Origin: Octopus sinensis | Taxonomy: Eukaryota | Assembly: GCF_006345805.1 (NCBI RefSeq) | Contig: NC_042998.1 | Coordinates: forward strand, 98,952,001-99,016,000 | DNA: 64,000 nucleotides | Direction: 5' to 3' | Shown: positions 10,327 through 23,449 of the stretch, piece by piece | Position numbering within the stretch: position 1 is the stretch's first letter | Layout of the letters: each line of letters opens with the position of its first letter | The notes under the pieces: model-generated | Seen by the model: the letters and a program-made list of their open reading frames with translations, nothing else | What the model was told of the DNA's origin: nothing | Databases searched by the model: none | Position numbers and translations under genes: made by a program

Positions 10327-10335
10327 ATATATATA

Positions 10336-10366
<31 letters not shown>

Positions 10367-10375
10367 TATATATAT

Positions 10376-10455
<80 letters not shown>

Positions 10456-10540
10456 TATATATACCTACATACACACAACACACACACACACATATATATG
10501 TCTCTGTGTGTGCGCGTGCATGTGTGCATGTGTGTATGTA
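10327..10540. repeat. Compound (TA)n/(GT)n/(CA)n microsatellite
   Basis: Seen directly. Confidence 0.95.
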
Positions 10541-12529
10541 TAAGTGTGTTCCCATCTTCTGGCTTTGACATGGTGTGATAGTTGTAAATGAATGTCACTA
10601 TCAGGTAAGTGATGTCCTTCATTCTCAATCTTCTGAGAAGGCATATCTAATTATGATGAAATAGTGCTTTATTCAGAAGTAGATGAAGGTTGGTGACAGG
10701 AAGGGTTTTCAATAGTAGAAAATCCACCCCAACAAAATTCTGCCAGGCAAGTGTGAGCATGGGTAAGTGGATGTAAAAATGATGATGATTATGATAATAT
10801 TATAGGTGTATATATTAGAAATAGTTTGGATTAAAATTCATTACCTTAAAATTTGAATTTCTGAATATGAGAAAAATTATTTTAACAGATAAAACTGTTG
10901 AAAGTTTTTCAAAAACATATTGCCTGCACATCAGGAACTATGTTACCAACTGATCAAGTTTTGAGGCACTTCTTCTATTTGACTAGATGTAAGCATAAAC
11001 AATATAATCAAAGTTATGTAACATGTTGTGCTAAGCTAAGATAAGGAGTGTTGGTATGTATACAGTATTGTATTCCAGGATGTAAGATAAGTTGGTTACA
11101 AAAGAAATTAAAGACCCTAATTGATGAGCAAGGCAGACTAATTACTTCAAGAAAATCTCTGGACAAAAAATCTGAAGATATTCTTGTTTATGTTACACAG
11201 GCATTATGAAGGGCATTGAGCCATAGAAACCATGCCAAAACAGACGGCAGAGTTTGATGCAATCTTCTGACTTGTCAGTTCCTGTAGAAATATCCATCCA
11301 TGCCAGCAAGGAAAACAGACATTAAATGGTGCTCCTGCTGCTACTGCTGTCAACAATGATGACAATGATGACACTGATAATGATGACGACAACAACAGGT
11401 GTGGCTGTGTGGTAAAATTCTGAAACTTCAATCCCTCATTTCAAAAGCTTGTAACAAACAAAATTAGTCACTATAAAAAAGTCAAACAAAATCCTTGTCA
11501 AATGTGACAAGAACATAAACCTATATAAAATCAACAAAGAACATAAACCTATATAAAATCAATAAAGTCATCTTTGTCGCAATTACATAAATTTCAAGGA
11601 AATGCACTGAAATACACTCAACAATAACCAACAGCCTTGTCACACACTATTGTGGTTCTAATTCTGTTTAAGGAATGCATTAAGGATATATTTGTCTGTG
11701 GAATACTCAGCCATTTACATGCTAATTCTATGAGCAGGCAGATGTTCTGCAATATGGTAGGTCAAGTGTTCAGAAACATGTATATGATAGCTGCTTTTTC
11801 ATTCTTGAGTATAAGGGAACAATGCCAGTACATCAAATGATACCTGTGCATGATGCTTTTTAAAGTTAGGAGAGGCCTTGCACACAACCAATTCCATTAG
11901 CTGAACACAAGATGACAGATCCCCCACTCCACCAAAATACTAGTCAACATCATTGGCTGTGATTTAAGCACAGGTTTTACATTAGAGTTTTCCTTCCAGA
12001 GAGATGTAACAAGGACTAGGGGTCACTGACTCTCAGTAATGTGGTAACATCATGCCTACATTCTCATTCCCATGATTCTTTGCTGACTGAACCTGATGTA
12101 AATGAGTCAATCCTCTGCACAGCCACTGTGTTTTCTGCACCAAAATCATCAATTTGTCAAAGCAGAAACTACCTCTATCTATGAGAAATAGCAGGACCAA
12201 ACATGTGTGCACAGTATTGGATAGCTGTTGACTTTAATGACAGATTTTGTTTTTCATCCTGCAGGGTGTCCAATTACTCTCCTCACTAAACAAGCTTAGT
12301 GGAGTTGCCAGTTTAGTTGTCAATGACCCAGCTATGCAGTAGATTGTACAGGATTAAATGCTACCAGTAGCACTCACAAGTAACCTAACATACATACATA
12401 TTATTGTTTCTCTTCCATTGCTCCCTAAATTTGGCATTTTGCATAAAAAGGAGAAAGGAAACACCATATCCCATCCAAAATAAAAATATTTTTAGAAATC
12501 AAAAAAATATCAACTAGATTATGGTTGAG

Positions 12530-13200
12530 AGATAACACTTTACTCAAAGTAGCTGTCCTCAGCTTTTATCATGGCCTCAAGATGACTCCAGAACCCACAT
12601 CTCTAGGAAGATCTTCCAACACCGCCTTGATCTTGGCCTTGGTGGTGCAAGTAGAACAGTGGGTGTCTTTCTCAACTGTGACTCACCCATAGAAATCCAT
12701 GGGATTACAGTTGGGAATTAGGAGGCCAGAAATTGGGGATGGTGAAGTTGTAGAAATTCTCCAACAGCTACTTTTAACTCTTTCTGCAAGTATGGCCAGA
12801 AGCTGGAGAATCCCATTGCCATGCATATGGCCTTCCAGTAACAACCCTCTTCAGCCAAGGATTGACTATAGTTTCCCATAGCATTACATAGTCATCTGAA
12901 TTGAGCCTAAAGCCCTGTTCAAAGATGCAGTGTTGAATTCTGATGAGCAGATGCAGTCAGAATGCCTGATGTATCCCTTCCTGCTGTCTACAGCTTCAAA
13001 GACCCCATTGACGCTGTCCATCTTACATCTTATAGCTTTTGTAGTGTTCACAGAGCATTGAATAACAGTCATGACGTTGGCATTTTGATACCTGGTGTGA
13101 ATCATCAAGGCACAGGTAACTCTTTTCCAAAAATCAGATGGCTTCCAGCACTCTACTTTTAATTTTTATGTTCTCCAATAGTTCATCAATACATTAAACT
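12530..13200 (-). pseudogene. Tc1/mariner-superfamily (maT-like) transposase relic
   Basis: Minus strand reads ...PWLKRVVTGRPYAWQWDS...HTCRKS...ENFYNFTIPNFWPPNS..CNPMDF...VEKDTH...LEDLPRD...HLEAMIKAEDSYFE*. Confidence 0.75.
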
Positions 13201-13279
13201 GTTCCTGAAAACAGGAGACAAAAAAAAATCATCAAATTTAGTCCAAACCCCCTTTATATATGTACATGTACACTCACAC

Positions 13280-13296
13280 ACAGTCTCTCTCCCTCC

Positions 13297-13338
<42 letters not shown>

Positions 13339-13340
13339 TC
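13280..13340. repeat. (CT)n microsatellite
   Basis: Seen directly. Confidence 0.9.
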
Positions 13341-14150
13341 TGATTTAGAAGAAAGGGAAAAGAAAAGCTACTACACCAATCTATTCACATGCTTTTAAGA
13401 ATTCAGCAAAAGCCACTGAAGTGTCCAACATCCTTTACTGATTTCTCCTATAGCTTCACACACAAACATGTTAGCTTATTTTTACAGTTGGTCCTTCTCT
13501 TCACTCAACAACTAATTCTGAAGGCAAAAATTATAATTTCATATGTTCCTACTTTGGCAAAAAAGTATGCAAATGTAAATGTAAAAAAAAGACTAGAAAA
13601 TCAATTAAAATACATTAAAAGATTATGTTAGAATTATGTAATAACAGAGGTTTCTATGTTTCTATGTTACAAATTAATTAAAGAAAAACAATGTATTCAG
13701 GTCAGAGAATTTCATAAGTGAAACTTTCTTTCTTATGGCAATCATTTATTGGTTTAAACTACTTTTTATTTTGTCCAATGTGTGTATGTGTAGATTTATG
13801 TAGGACAGCATATTGGAATTGTTGTAAGTTTGGGTAGGTAATAACAGCTAAAGAAAGGTCAAACTTTTTCTTATTTTCCTTTCCTTATGAAAGCAATTTT
13901 CTTTTTTAATTTTATTCATTTATTTATTTATTCATTCATTCATCTATTTATTTATTCATTCCTTCATTTTTTAGTTTATTTATGTATTCATTTATTTTGT
14001 TCTTGTCGAACCTTGATGTAAGGAGAACAAGTTTTGTGCCAGTTTAAGATAAGATAAAGTCACTAACAAGAAGAGCAGCTAAGGTATGGCTACAAGTTAA
14101 TTAGAATACTGATACTTGCTATATTTTATCATTGAATATATATATGTATC

Positions 14151-14367
14151 AATGCAAGGTAAATCACAAGAAAACAAGTATGTGAATTAATGTAGATTTA
14201 CCTTCTATTCAATGTTTCAGGTTATGACCCCATTTTCAAGAAATAGATGAATGTTGCTGGCAATATTTGTCTATTTCTTGAAAATGGGGTCTTAACCCCG
14301 AAATATTGAATACAAGGTAAGTCTACATTAATTCACATACTTGTTTTCTTGTGATCTGCCTTGCATT
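14151..14367. repeat. Imperfect ~217-bp palindrome with ~2-nt loop
   Basis: aatgcaaggtaaatcacaagaaaacaagtatgtgaattaatgtaga... mirrored by ...tctacattaattcacatacttgttttcttgtgatctgccttgcatt. Confidence 0.9.
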
Positions 14368-14449
14368 TACTTTAACTTGTTTTGGCCTTACCCATGATCC
14401 TTTATACAATATATTCTACACAATGCTTCATAGTACTTATTCCATTATA

Positions 14450-14795
<346 letters not shown>

Positions 14796-15269
14796 TTATT
14801 ATTATTGTTAGAACCTGATAAGTTAAGTGTCTCAGCACTAAAGTAAACCAAGATCCAATTACAGTAATTTATAAAATACATTTGCATAGTATCATGTGTT
14901 TAGTCTACAAAAGTCTCAATCTTTACTATGTTTCACAAATAAAAGAAAAATCACTTTTTTTTTTCAAAATAGCTTAGTCTGAAATGCAGGTCACTGTCTC
15001 AGTTGCAGGCAGGTAACTATGGGAAAATATCTTAAAATAGATTTATTTAATTAGGATAACAACTTGTTATCAATAGGATAGTTGCACATAAATTACCAGT
15101 CACACATTGAGTAAATAAATAAATGCTAAATAATGAATGCCAAATACTAACTAATTAATTAAATTACCCCAAAATATATACAGAAATTTTTAAGCATTGC
15201 AAAATGCTAGTTGTAAATGATAATAAGAATCTTTCTAATTTTAACAGAAGGGTAAGTTAGTTATGCTTA

Positions 15270-15790
15270 CTCCAGTAATTGGCTGGTGCTTTATTTTATT
15301 GACCCCAAAAGGACTAAAGGCAAAGATAACCTTGGCATTATTTGAACTCTCGAAGAAAGCCAAAAGAAATGGTGCTAAGCATTTTGTCTGATGTGCTAAC
15401 AATTCTGCCAGCTCACCACCTTAAAATAATAGTTTCAAATTTTTACTCAAGACCAGTAATTTTAGGGAAATGGATAAATTGATTACATTGACCTCAATGC
15501 TCAACTGGTACTTATTTTATTGATGTTGAAATGATGAAAGACAAGGTCAACTTTGGCAACATTTCAACTCAGAAAGTGAAGATGGATAAAATGTTTAATG
15601 GCATTTTGTCCATCTTTAAATCTTGAGTTCAAATACTGCCAAAGTTGACTTTGTCATTCATCCTTTTGGGATCAATAAAATAAGCGCTGCTGGGCACTGG
15701 GAGTGCATAGAATAAGTACCAGTTGAGCACTTGGGTTGATGCAATTGACTTCCTCAAAATTGTTGGCCTTGTGCTAAAGTAAAAAAGGAT
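15270..15790. mobile_element. Three degraded copies of a SINE-like family (gttgactttgcctttcatcctt...agtaccagttgagca), two minus and one plus
   Basis: Shared core also at 16500-16640, 18070-19250, 55680-55790. Confidence 0.6.
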
Positions 15791-15795
15791 TTTAC

Positions 15796-16040
15796 TTCTC
15801 AGAGTGCTTGGTCTTGCTTGCTCTAGTTGATTCTGTGAGAGCTGTCAGCAGCCTGCTGTCAGAGGTCTCACGGGGTCTCTTTCCACACATTATAAGCTTT
15901 GACAATTGGTTGTTAATTATTGTGAAAGGCATTCAATACCCAAGCACCAATCTCAAAATCCTAGCTGTTGCCAGGAGAGCGGTTTTGGGGGCTTGCTCTG
16001 CTCTCATGTCAATTTTGATTTCTTTGACATAGTTCTTGAA

Positions 16041-16041
<1 letters not shown>
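15796..16041 (-). mobile_element. R4/Dong-like (RLE) non-LTR retrotransposon 3' end
   Basis: Reads KNYVKEIKIDMRAEQAPKTALLATARILRLVLGY*, resembling the QKTALLGTARILRKVL C-terminus; abuts (TAA)n. Confidence 0.7.

Positions 16042-16113
<72 letters not shown>
16042..16113. repeat. (TAT)n microsatellite
   Basis: Seen directly. Confidence 0.95.
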
Positions 16114-16301
16114 TAGTGGGTGACAGCTAGGATTTTGAGATTGGTATTTAGACGTTGAATGTCTTCCACAATGATTAACAACCAAGTATCAACGCTTAAA
16201 TTGTGTGGAAAGTCACCTGTGAGACCTCCGACAACGGGCTGTTGTCTGTTCTCACAGAATATATCAGAGTAAACAAGACCAAGCACTCTGAGAAATAAAG
16301 C

Positions 16302-16366
<65 letters not shown>
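16114..16366 (+). mobile_element. Second R4/Dong-like 3' end with (AAT)n tail
   Basis: VTARILRLVFRR* plus a 3'UTR homologous to 15796-15972, then (aat)n at 16302-16366. Confidence 0.7.
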
Positions 16367-16799
16367 GCTGAATGGCTCTGCAGCCTGAAGCAAACAGCTT
16401 CTTATTCCGCAACAAGAGGCTATCCACTTCACAGAAGACAGTATAACAAATATGAGTAAAAAGATAAGCAATTGGAAAGCAGCAGGACCTGATACTTTTG
16501 TTTTGAGTTCAAATTCTGCCAAGGTTGACTTTGCCTTTCATCCTTTCAGGAGCAATAAAATTGGTACCAGTTGAGCACTTGGGTAGGTGTAATTGATTTA
16601 GCCCCTCCCACTAAATTTCAGACCTTGTGTTTTGAATAACAAAGCAAAATAAGTACTGCTATTTTCTCTCTTCAGCAAATAATTCTTGGTAACATGTACC
16701 ATGCTTTCACTAATTGTTTTAGGCATTTATGTAGATGCAAGCAGGTATAAATACCCTCTCTGTATCTTCATTCTTCATCCAGCAGAACATCCAGGATGT

Positions 16800-16955
16800 G
16801 ACACCTGGAGGGAAATGGCTGCACCAGCACCTGACTAGTACTCATTACAACTGAGCAGACTTGAGTAATGTGAAATGAAGTGCCTTGTTCAAGGACACAA
16901 CATACCATCTGATCTAGGAATCAAACTCATGGCCTTATGATCACGAATCCAACAC
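16800..16955 (-). mobile_element. Degraded tRNA-derived SINE
   Basis: gtgaaatgaagtgccttgttcaaggacacaac...ggaatcaaactc is the reverse complement of the SINE head/body at 3387 and 51514. Confidence 0.6.
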
Positions 16956-16961
16956 TGTGTG

Positions 16962-17064
<103 letters not shown>

Positions 17065-18069
17065 TATACATGTGTGTGTTAGTGCGTGCGTGTGTGCGTG
17101 CGCGCACGCGCGCGTGTGTGTGTGTGTGATTATTTACCATATTTGCTGTCTGAAAGTGTTATAAGTGCAAATATCCATTCATTTGTGGCAGTGAATGAAG
17201 CTGTAATTGAACTGAATTCATTTTGTTCATTGGTCATATTTTCCATGAATGATTTCATTTTGACTATTCCACTTCCTTTGCACGCTGTCACTCCCATTTC
17301 CTAGACACCATATATTGAATATGGTTGGAGCTTTGAAGATTCTCAACTCTGGAGACCAGTGATACTTTACTACTGTACTTATTTTAGGATACAGTTCACT
17401 GGAGCACATTGTAGATGGTCCAAAGTTATATACTTCTTTATTTTCTTTCTTTTTGTTTTTGTTCTTTTTCTTTTTGTAAATTTAGATATTTTCATGCTAT
17501 TGGAGCAAGTGTTATTTATTTATAAACCTGGTCTTACTATATCTTACCACTTCCCTCTGAAGTTGAAAGGGGATTTTACACCTGCTGTTATATTTTCAGG
17601 GGTCTTTTTCTTTTTGCACTCTGTCACAAGAAACAGACCTCAATGCCTTACAGGTGAGATCACAGCAAAATAATTGGGATGAAACTTTAACTTCCTGAGC
17701 AGGTATTCTGTAGATTTACACCTTAGCATCACAACTATTAGTCACGTTATTGCTGCTGTGTATTTGTATATTTTGAGATAAAATCCCTTGTTATTAGTTA
17801 TTTACTGAACTTCAAATCTTTTGATACCAACCCCACCCATCACTACTCCCACCCATAGTTCTTTGTTGCAAACATCATGCATTAATGTTAATTTCAGTTT
17901 TAAGGTTAATCTCAAGTTGATTTATATTCCAAACACCAGCTTGATAATGACAAAATTAAATTTTTCATTATTTTAAAAATTATCTGAAACAAAGGGAATG
18001 TATTTTAACATAAATATGGTAACAAAAGGACTACTATCCTTTCTACACCAAACAAAAATCTCGAAATTT

Positions 18070-19250
18070 CGGGGGGGGGGAGTTAGTCGATTACATCTAT
18101 CTCAGTGTTCAACTGGTACTTATTTTATTGACTCTGAGAGGATGAAAAGCAAAGATGACCTCAGAATATAAAGCTGGAAAAAATGCTGCAAAATATTTTG
18201 TCTGGTGTGCAAACGATTCTACCAGCTCACCACTAATATGAATATTAGATATGATAAGTACAAAGATATTTGAGAGAGAAAAGTGCAACAGACAACTAAC
18301 AGGACTCAAGCCATATATCTATTATTGATTAAACAATGAATTTGATATTGACCACAATGAATTTGACATTTCTTCTCCTCAAATTAGATCTTTTACTATC
18401 TTATCTATACTATTTATCTCCACAGGTTATTTGTCAGTCATTCAATCATTAGTCCAATGGGTTTTGAGATTTTGTATATGAAGATAAGTAGAAAGAGTAA
18501 ATAAAAAAACTGGGGGAAGAAGTATAATGTTTCAGCCTGGGCTCTGTGAATAGGTTGCCTAAATAATTCATTCTATGATAAGCACAAAGTATGACATTTT
18601 TAGGAAATGTCTTGTCAAGGAGATCCCCCACCCCAAGTGCTCAACATTTTATTGACCTCAAAGTTGGTCTCAACGGTATTTAAATTCTGAGCATAAGGCC
18701 AAAACAAGTGCCATTATGCATTTTATTCAGCACGCTAATAATTCTGCTAGTACACTGCCTTATTCTATCTAATTTTGGCATAAGATCAGCAATTTTGAGG
18801 GGAGGGGGCAAGTTCATTAGATTGACCCTGGTTTTTGGCTGGTACTTATTTTCTTTTTTTTATTGACCTTGAAAGGATGAAAGACAAAGTCAGCCTTGGA
18901 AGAATTTGAATTTAGAACATAAAGAGCCAGAAGAAAAGCAAATTAACATTTTGTCCAAAGCACTAATGACTCTGCCAGTTCCCCACCTTAGGATGCATAA
19001 ATAATAATAATGATAATAATAATAATAATAATAGACAATAAATTTTGACAGAAGGCCAGCAATTTCGAGCTAAGGTGTAGGTCGATTACATTGATCTTAG
19101 TACTCAACAGGTACTTAGTTTATCGACCCCCAAAAGGATGAAAGGAAAAGTCAACCTCAATGGAATTTGAACTCAGAACATAAAGGTGACTGGAATGCCA
19201 CTAAGTATTTTATCAGTGTGCTAATAATTCTGCCAGCTCACCCCTTTATT
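18070..19250 (-). mobile_element. Cluster of about four same-orientation SINE-like fragments
   Basis: Repeated gtcgattacat...caactggtactta...aggatgaaag...tgacctc...ttctgccagctcacc. Confidence 0.6.
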
Positions 19251-20127
19251 AATAATAGACAATATTAAAAAACTAAAACTAACAGAACTAACATCAATGG
19301 AGCAAACTATATAAGTATAATGGAAGGAAGGTTTTTATGATACTTTTGGAGTATCTTCTTCTATTACAATTATTCTGTTGATTCAAGGAGCTGGAAATAG
19401 GAAGAATGAAGTTCTCAGACAGAGTAAATTCAATAATTGTTTATTCACAGGTGCTTCATACAAGGGGTTTGCTTTCAGTAACCATCTTCACAGCAGTGCA
19501 TAGTTAGCCTTCTCTCCCATACACATGAGGTTCAATAACCTCTGGAGACAATGCATGTGGTATTACAGTGGAACAAAAGTCTGCTGTGAGCTCCTGGCTT
19601 CAAAGTCTTGCTCAGCATCAGTGTGAGAAGAATGGGAGGAAAAATGTTGTTGTCTTTTCCTTAAATGGTGGTTGCAGGTGAGATCTGGTTTTTGTCTCAT
19701 GTATGGCAATGGTTGCAGGTGAGATGTTGCTGTTTCAAAATGGCACTGGCTCTTTGTGCCTTACTACACAAGCATTACAGAATATGCATAGAAAAAAAGT
19801 AATACAAACATATATACCACAAAATATCTCATGGTATGGTAGTGACCATGTTTCACATTCAGGAACACAAAGAATTTCCTTGACAATATTGTCTAAGACC
19901 TTTAGCTATTAGAAAAACAACATCTCTTCATTGATGAAGCAATTCCAACAGATGGAAATAAAAAAAATAAAAAACAGAAAGAAAAAAGAAATATTAGCTA
20001 AATATATAAACCAACAGATTTATATCACTTGTTTTATATCACAATTTATATACCATCATCATAAGGTGAATCAAGTAGTAAAGACTCAATACTCTTCTAT
20101 GTGTGTGTGTGTATATATATATATATA

Positions 20128-20656
20128 TAGGGTGTCCCAAAAAATTGACATCATTTGAAATGTGAATGTCTGAGTAACTACATGTCTGAAGCAAATGAAA
20201 TTAAATAGACTTTATGTTGAACAATACAAGATTTATTTATTAAAACTTGAACAAGAGATTCAAAGGGACATAGATTTTATAATTGATTTCATAAAGCTTC
20301 ACAAATGTTCAATATGAGCATGGCCTGTGACACGACACATGTCAAATTGGTAGGCCAACTCCTACCAAGCACACTATAGCATGTCTTGCATAACATTTTC
20401 CAGCACCTCAGTGATTTTCTGCTTAGGTTCTTCTAGGCTTGTAAGAGGAGTAGGGATATAGACCAGTCCTGTCACATAACCCCATAGAAAATATCAAGGT
20501 GAATATGGTGATCATTTCAACAGCAGAATGTCATTATCATTGGCATGCCTGATCCAATTTTAGGTTTTACACATTTTGTTAAAATTTGAGATCATTTGTT
20601 CAAGAATTGGCTATGATATTAGACAATGAAATGATGTCAATCATTTTGGGACACCC

Positions 20657-20658
<2 letters not shown>
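20128..20658 (-). mobile_element. Non-autonomous mariner-like element with TIRs and TA target
   Basis: TIR agggtgtcccaaaa..ttgacatcattt / aaatgatgtcaatcattttgggacaccctg, flanked by TA; interior reads FLWGYV...TSLEE.KQKITEVLENV.QDML...CRVTGHAHIEHL*. Confidence 0.85.
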
Positions 20659-20659
<1 letters not shown>

Positions 20660-20717
<58 letters not shown>

Positions 20718-20735
20718 TTGTGTGTGTGTGTGTGC
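20660..20735. repeat. (GT)n microsatellite
   Basis: Seen directly. Confidence 0.95.
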
Positions 20736-20924
20736 ATCTATGCATGTTTATATGTATGTATGTGATCAGTATTTATGTCTGCTTCCCATACCTTCATGGA
20801 CTGAACAGTCTGTTAAGATCTGAGCAAGTTTTTATCAGAGTTGCATAGGTTCATTATTGAGAGAAAATGGTAGGAGAAAGTAGTAAGGAAGAGGAAACAA
20901 GCACACACACACACACACACGTAC

Positions 20925-20981
20925 AGACATACATACATACATACATACATACATACATACATACATACATACATACATACA

Positions 20982-21015
<34 letters not shown>

Positions 21016-21020
21016 CATAT
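20925..21020. repeat. (CATA)n microsatellite
   Basis: Seen directly. Confidence 0.95.
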
Positions 21021-21178
21021 ATATATGAGAATTTTTAGTAATTACTACAATTGTTTCAACCCATCTTGCATCAATCCCTCACAGGTGGGATACTTAACAA
21101 CCAAATACACAATGAACACTATGAGAGTGAACGTGCTTTACCAGAAAGCTACCAAGTATAAACCATTCACTTATATTA

Positions 21179-21218
<40 letters not shown>

Positions 21219-21219
<1 letters not shown>

Positions 21220-22478
21220 TGAAAATCAAATCAAAACAAATCAAAATAGATGAACATCAATGGAATCTGTATCTTTGTGGTACCAGTGCCGGTGGCACAC
21301 AAGAGAACCATCCGAACGTGGCCGTAGCCAGTTCCGCATCGACCGGCCTCCGTGCTGTGGGCACGTAACAAACACCATCCGATCATGGCCGTTCGCCAGC
21401 CTCATCTGGCACCTGTGTCGGTGGCACATAAAAACACCTTCCGAAGACCCGGCAAGACTAGTCAGTCCACCTGTGCATACCTTCCTTCTTGTGACACTTG
21501 TGAAGACCGGTTGAGGCAAGTGAAAATCAAATCAAATCAAAATAGACAAAATAAATGAACATCAATGGAATTTGTATCTTGTGGTACCAGTGCCTGTGGC
21601 ACACAAGAAATCCATCCGTGCCGTAGTCAGTGCGGTGGGCACATGACAAACACCATCCGATCGTGGCCGTTCGCCAGCCTCATCTAGCACCTGTGTCGGT
21701 GGCACATAAAAACACCATCCGAAGACCCGGCAAGTCTAGTCAGGCCATAACCCATGGCCCCTACCTGGGACGTAGTCAGTCCACCTGTGCATACCTTCCT
21801 TCTTGTGACACTTGTGAAGACCTGTTGAGACAAGTGAAAATCAAAACAAATCAAAATAGATGAACATCAATGGAATTTGTATCTTTGTGGTACCAGTGCC
21901 GGTGGCACGTGGCACATAAGAAAACCATCCGAACGTGGCCGTAGCCAGTACCGCATCGACTGGCCTCCGTGCTGTGGGCACGTAACAAGCACCATCCGAT
22001 CGTGGCCGTTTGCCAGCCTCATCTGGCACCTGTGTCGGTGGCACATAAAAACACCATCCGAGCGTGGCCGTCTGCCAGCCTCGTCTGGCACCTGTGTCGG
22101 TGGCACATAAAAACACCATCCGAGCGTGGCCGTCTGCCAGCCTCGTCTGGTACCTGTGTTGGTGGCACATAAAAAAAAAACACCATCCGAGCGTGGCCGT
22201 CTGCCAGCCTCGTCTGGCACCTGTGTCGGTGGCACATAAAAAACACCATCCGAGCGTGGCCGTTTGCCAGCCTCGTCTGGCACCTGTGTCGGTGGCACAT
22301 AAAATCACCCACTACACTCTCGGAGTGGTTGGCGTTAGGAAGGGCATCCAGCTGTAGAAACACTGCCAGATCTGACTGGACTGGTGCAGCTTTCGGGCTC
22401 CCCAGACCCCAGTTGAACCGTCCAACCCATGCTAGCATGGAAAGCAGACGTTAAATGATGATGATGATGATGATGATG
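21219..22478 (+). mobile_element. Concatemer of RTE LINE 3'UTR units, ending in a tandem ~61-bp module array and (ATG)n tail
   Basis: Units start gtgaaaatcaaa at 21219, 21520, 21834; modules aaaaacaccatccgagcgtggccgtctgccagcctcgtctggcacctgtgtcggtggcacat at about 21919-22300. Confidence 0.85.
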
Positions 22479-22505
22479 ATATATATATATATATATACAC
22501 ACACA

Positions 22506-22549
<44 letters not shown>

Positions 22550-22785
22550 TGGTTAGGTAATGCTCTGAACTGACTTGCTGCATTTACACCTATTTGTCTA
22601 CAGTGAGAAAGTATGTGACAAAATACTGTAAATGGCTTTCTAACAGGTTTGAATATGCCTCAGGCATATTTGAACTGGTAACAAGTTTGTATGTACACAC
22701 AAACACACACACACACACAGATAGATATGATACATATACATGATATATATATGTATACATACATTCATATACATATATATATATA

Positions 22786-22987
22786 TGAAGAGGTCCTGAA
22801 AAGTTCATAGCTTTGAGTATTGTGAAAGGCTTGGTCAAAGGCCCAACATTCTGAGTTCTTTTACTGGGCTTAGAAAACCTGAAGGACCGTTACAATAAGT
22901 ATGTGAATCTGAGAGGGAGATATTTTGAATAAAATCATAATTAACTGATCTTTTGCCCAAATCCAGGGACTTTTCAGCACTTCCTTG
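22786..22987. mobile_element. Mariner-type MITE
   Basis: Degenerate TIRs ...ctgaaaagttc / ggacttttcagcac..cttgta; related copy at 23969-24143. Confidence 0.65.
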
Positions 22988-23008
22988 TATATTCATATAC
23001 ATACACAA

Positions 23009-23038
<30 letters not shown>

Positions 23039-23039
<1 letters not shown>

Positions 23040-23449
23040 CTCTTTACTCTCTTTACTCTTTTCCTTGTTTCAGTCATTTGACTGCGGCCATGCTGGAGCA
23101 CCGCCTTTAGTCAATCAAATCGACCCCGGAACTTATTCTCTGTAAGCCCAGTACTTATTCTATCGGCCTCTTTTGCCGAACCGCTAAGTGGCGGGGACGT
23201 AGACACACCAGCATCGGTTGTCAAGCAATGCTAGGGGGACAAACACAGACACACAAACACACACACACATATATATATATATACATATATACGACAGGCT
23301 TCTTTCAGTTTCCGTCTACCAAATCCACTCACAAGGCATTGGTCGGCCCGGGGCTATAGCAGAAGACACTTGCCCAAGATGCCACGCAGTGGGACTGAAC
23401 CTGCAACCATGTGGTTGGTTAGCAAGCTACTTACCACACAGCCACTCCT
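23039..23449 (-). mobile_element. Full-length tRNA-derived SINE
   Basis: Head aggagtggctgtgtgg (A box)...ggttcagtccc (B box), internal CA/TA tract, tail (gagtaaa)n; highly similar to 28885-29277. Confidence 0.9.

Noticed and set aside
10221-10628. ORFs rich in IY/YI/CV/HT or poly-Y/I/L (also 14351-14887, 16113-16522, 16889-17164, 35550-35866, 58891-59220)
   Set aside because: They are translations of microsatellites.
12940-12970. CTGATGA motif
   Set aside because: No downstream GAAA or stems; it is antisense transposase sequence.
21919-22300. CRISPR-like look of regularly spaced ~61-bp units
   Set aside because: The units are homologous along their full length with no unique spacers, lie in a LINE 3'UTR of a eukaryote, and no cas genes are present.
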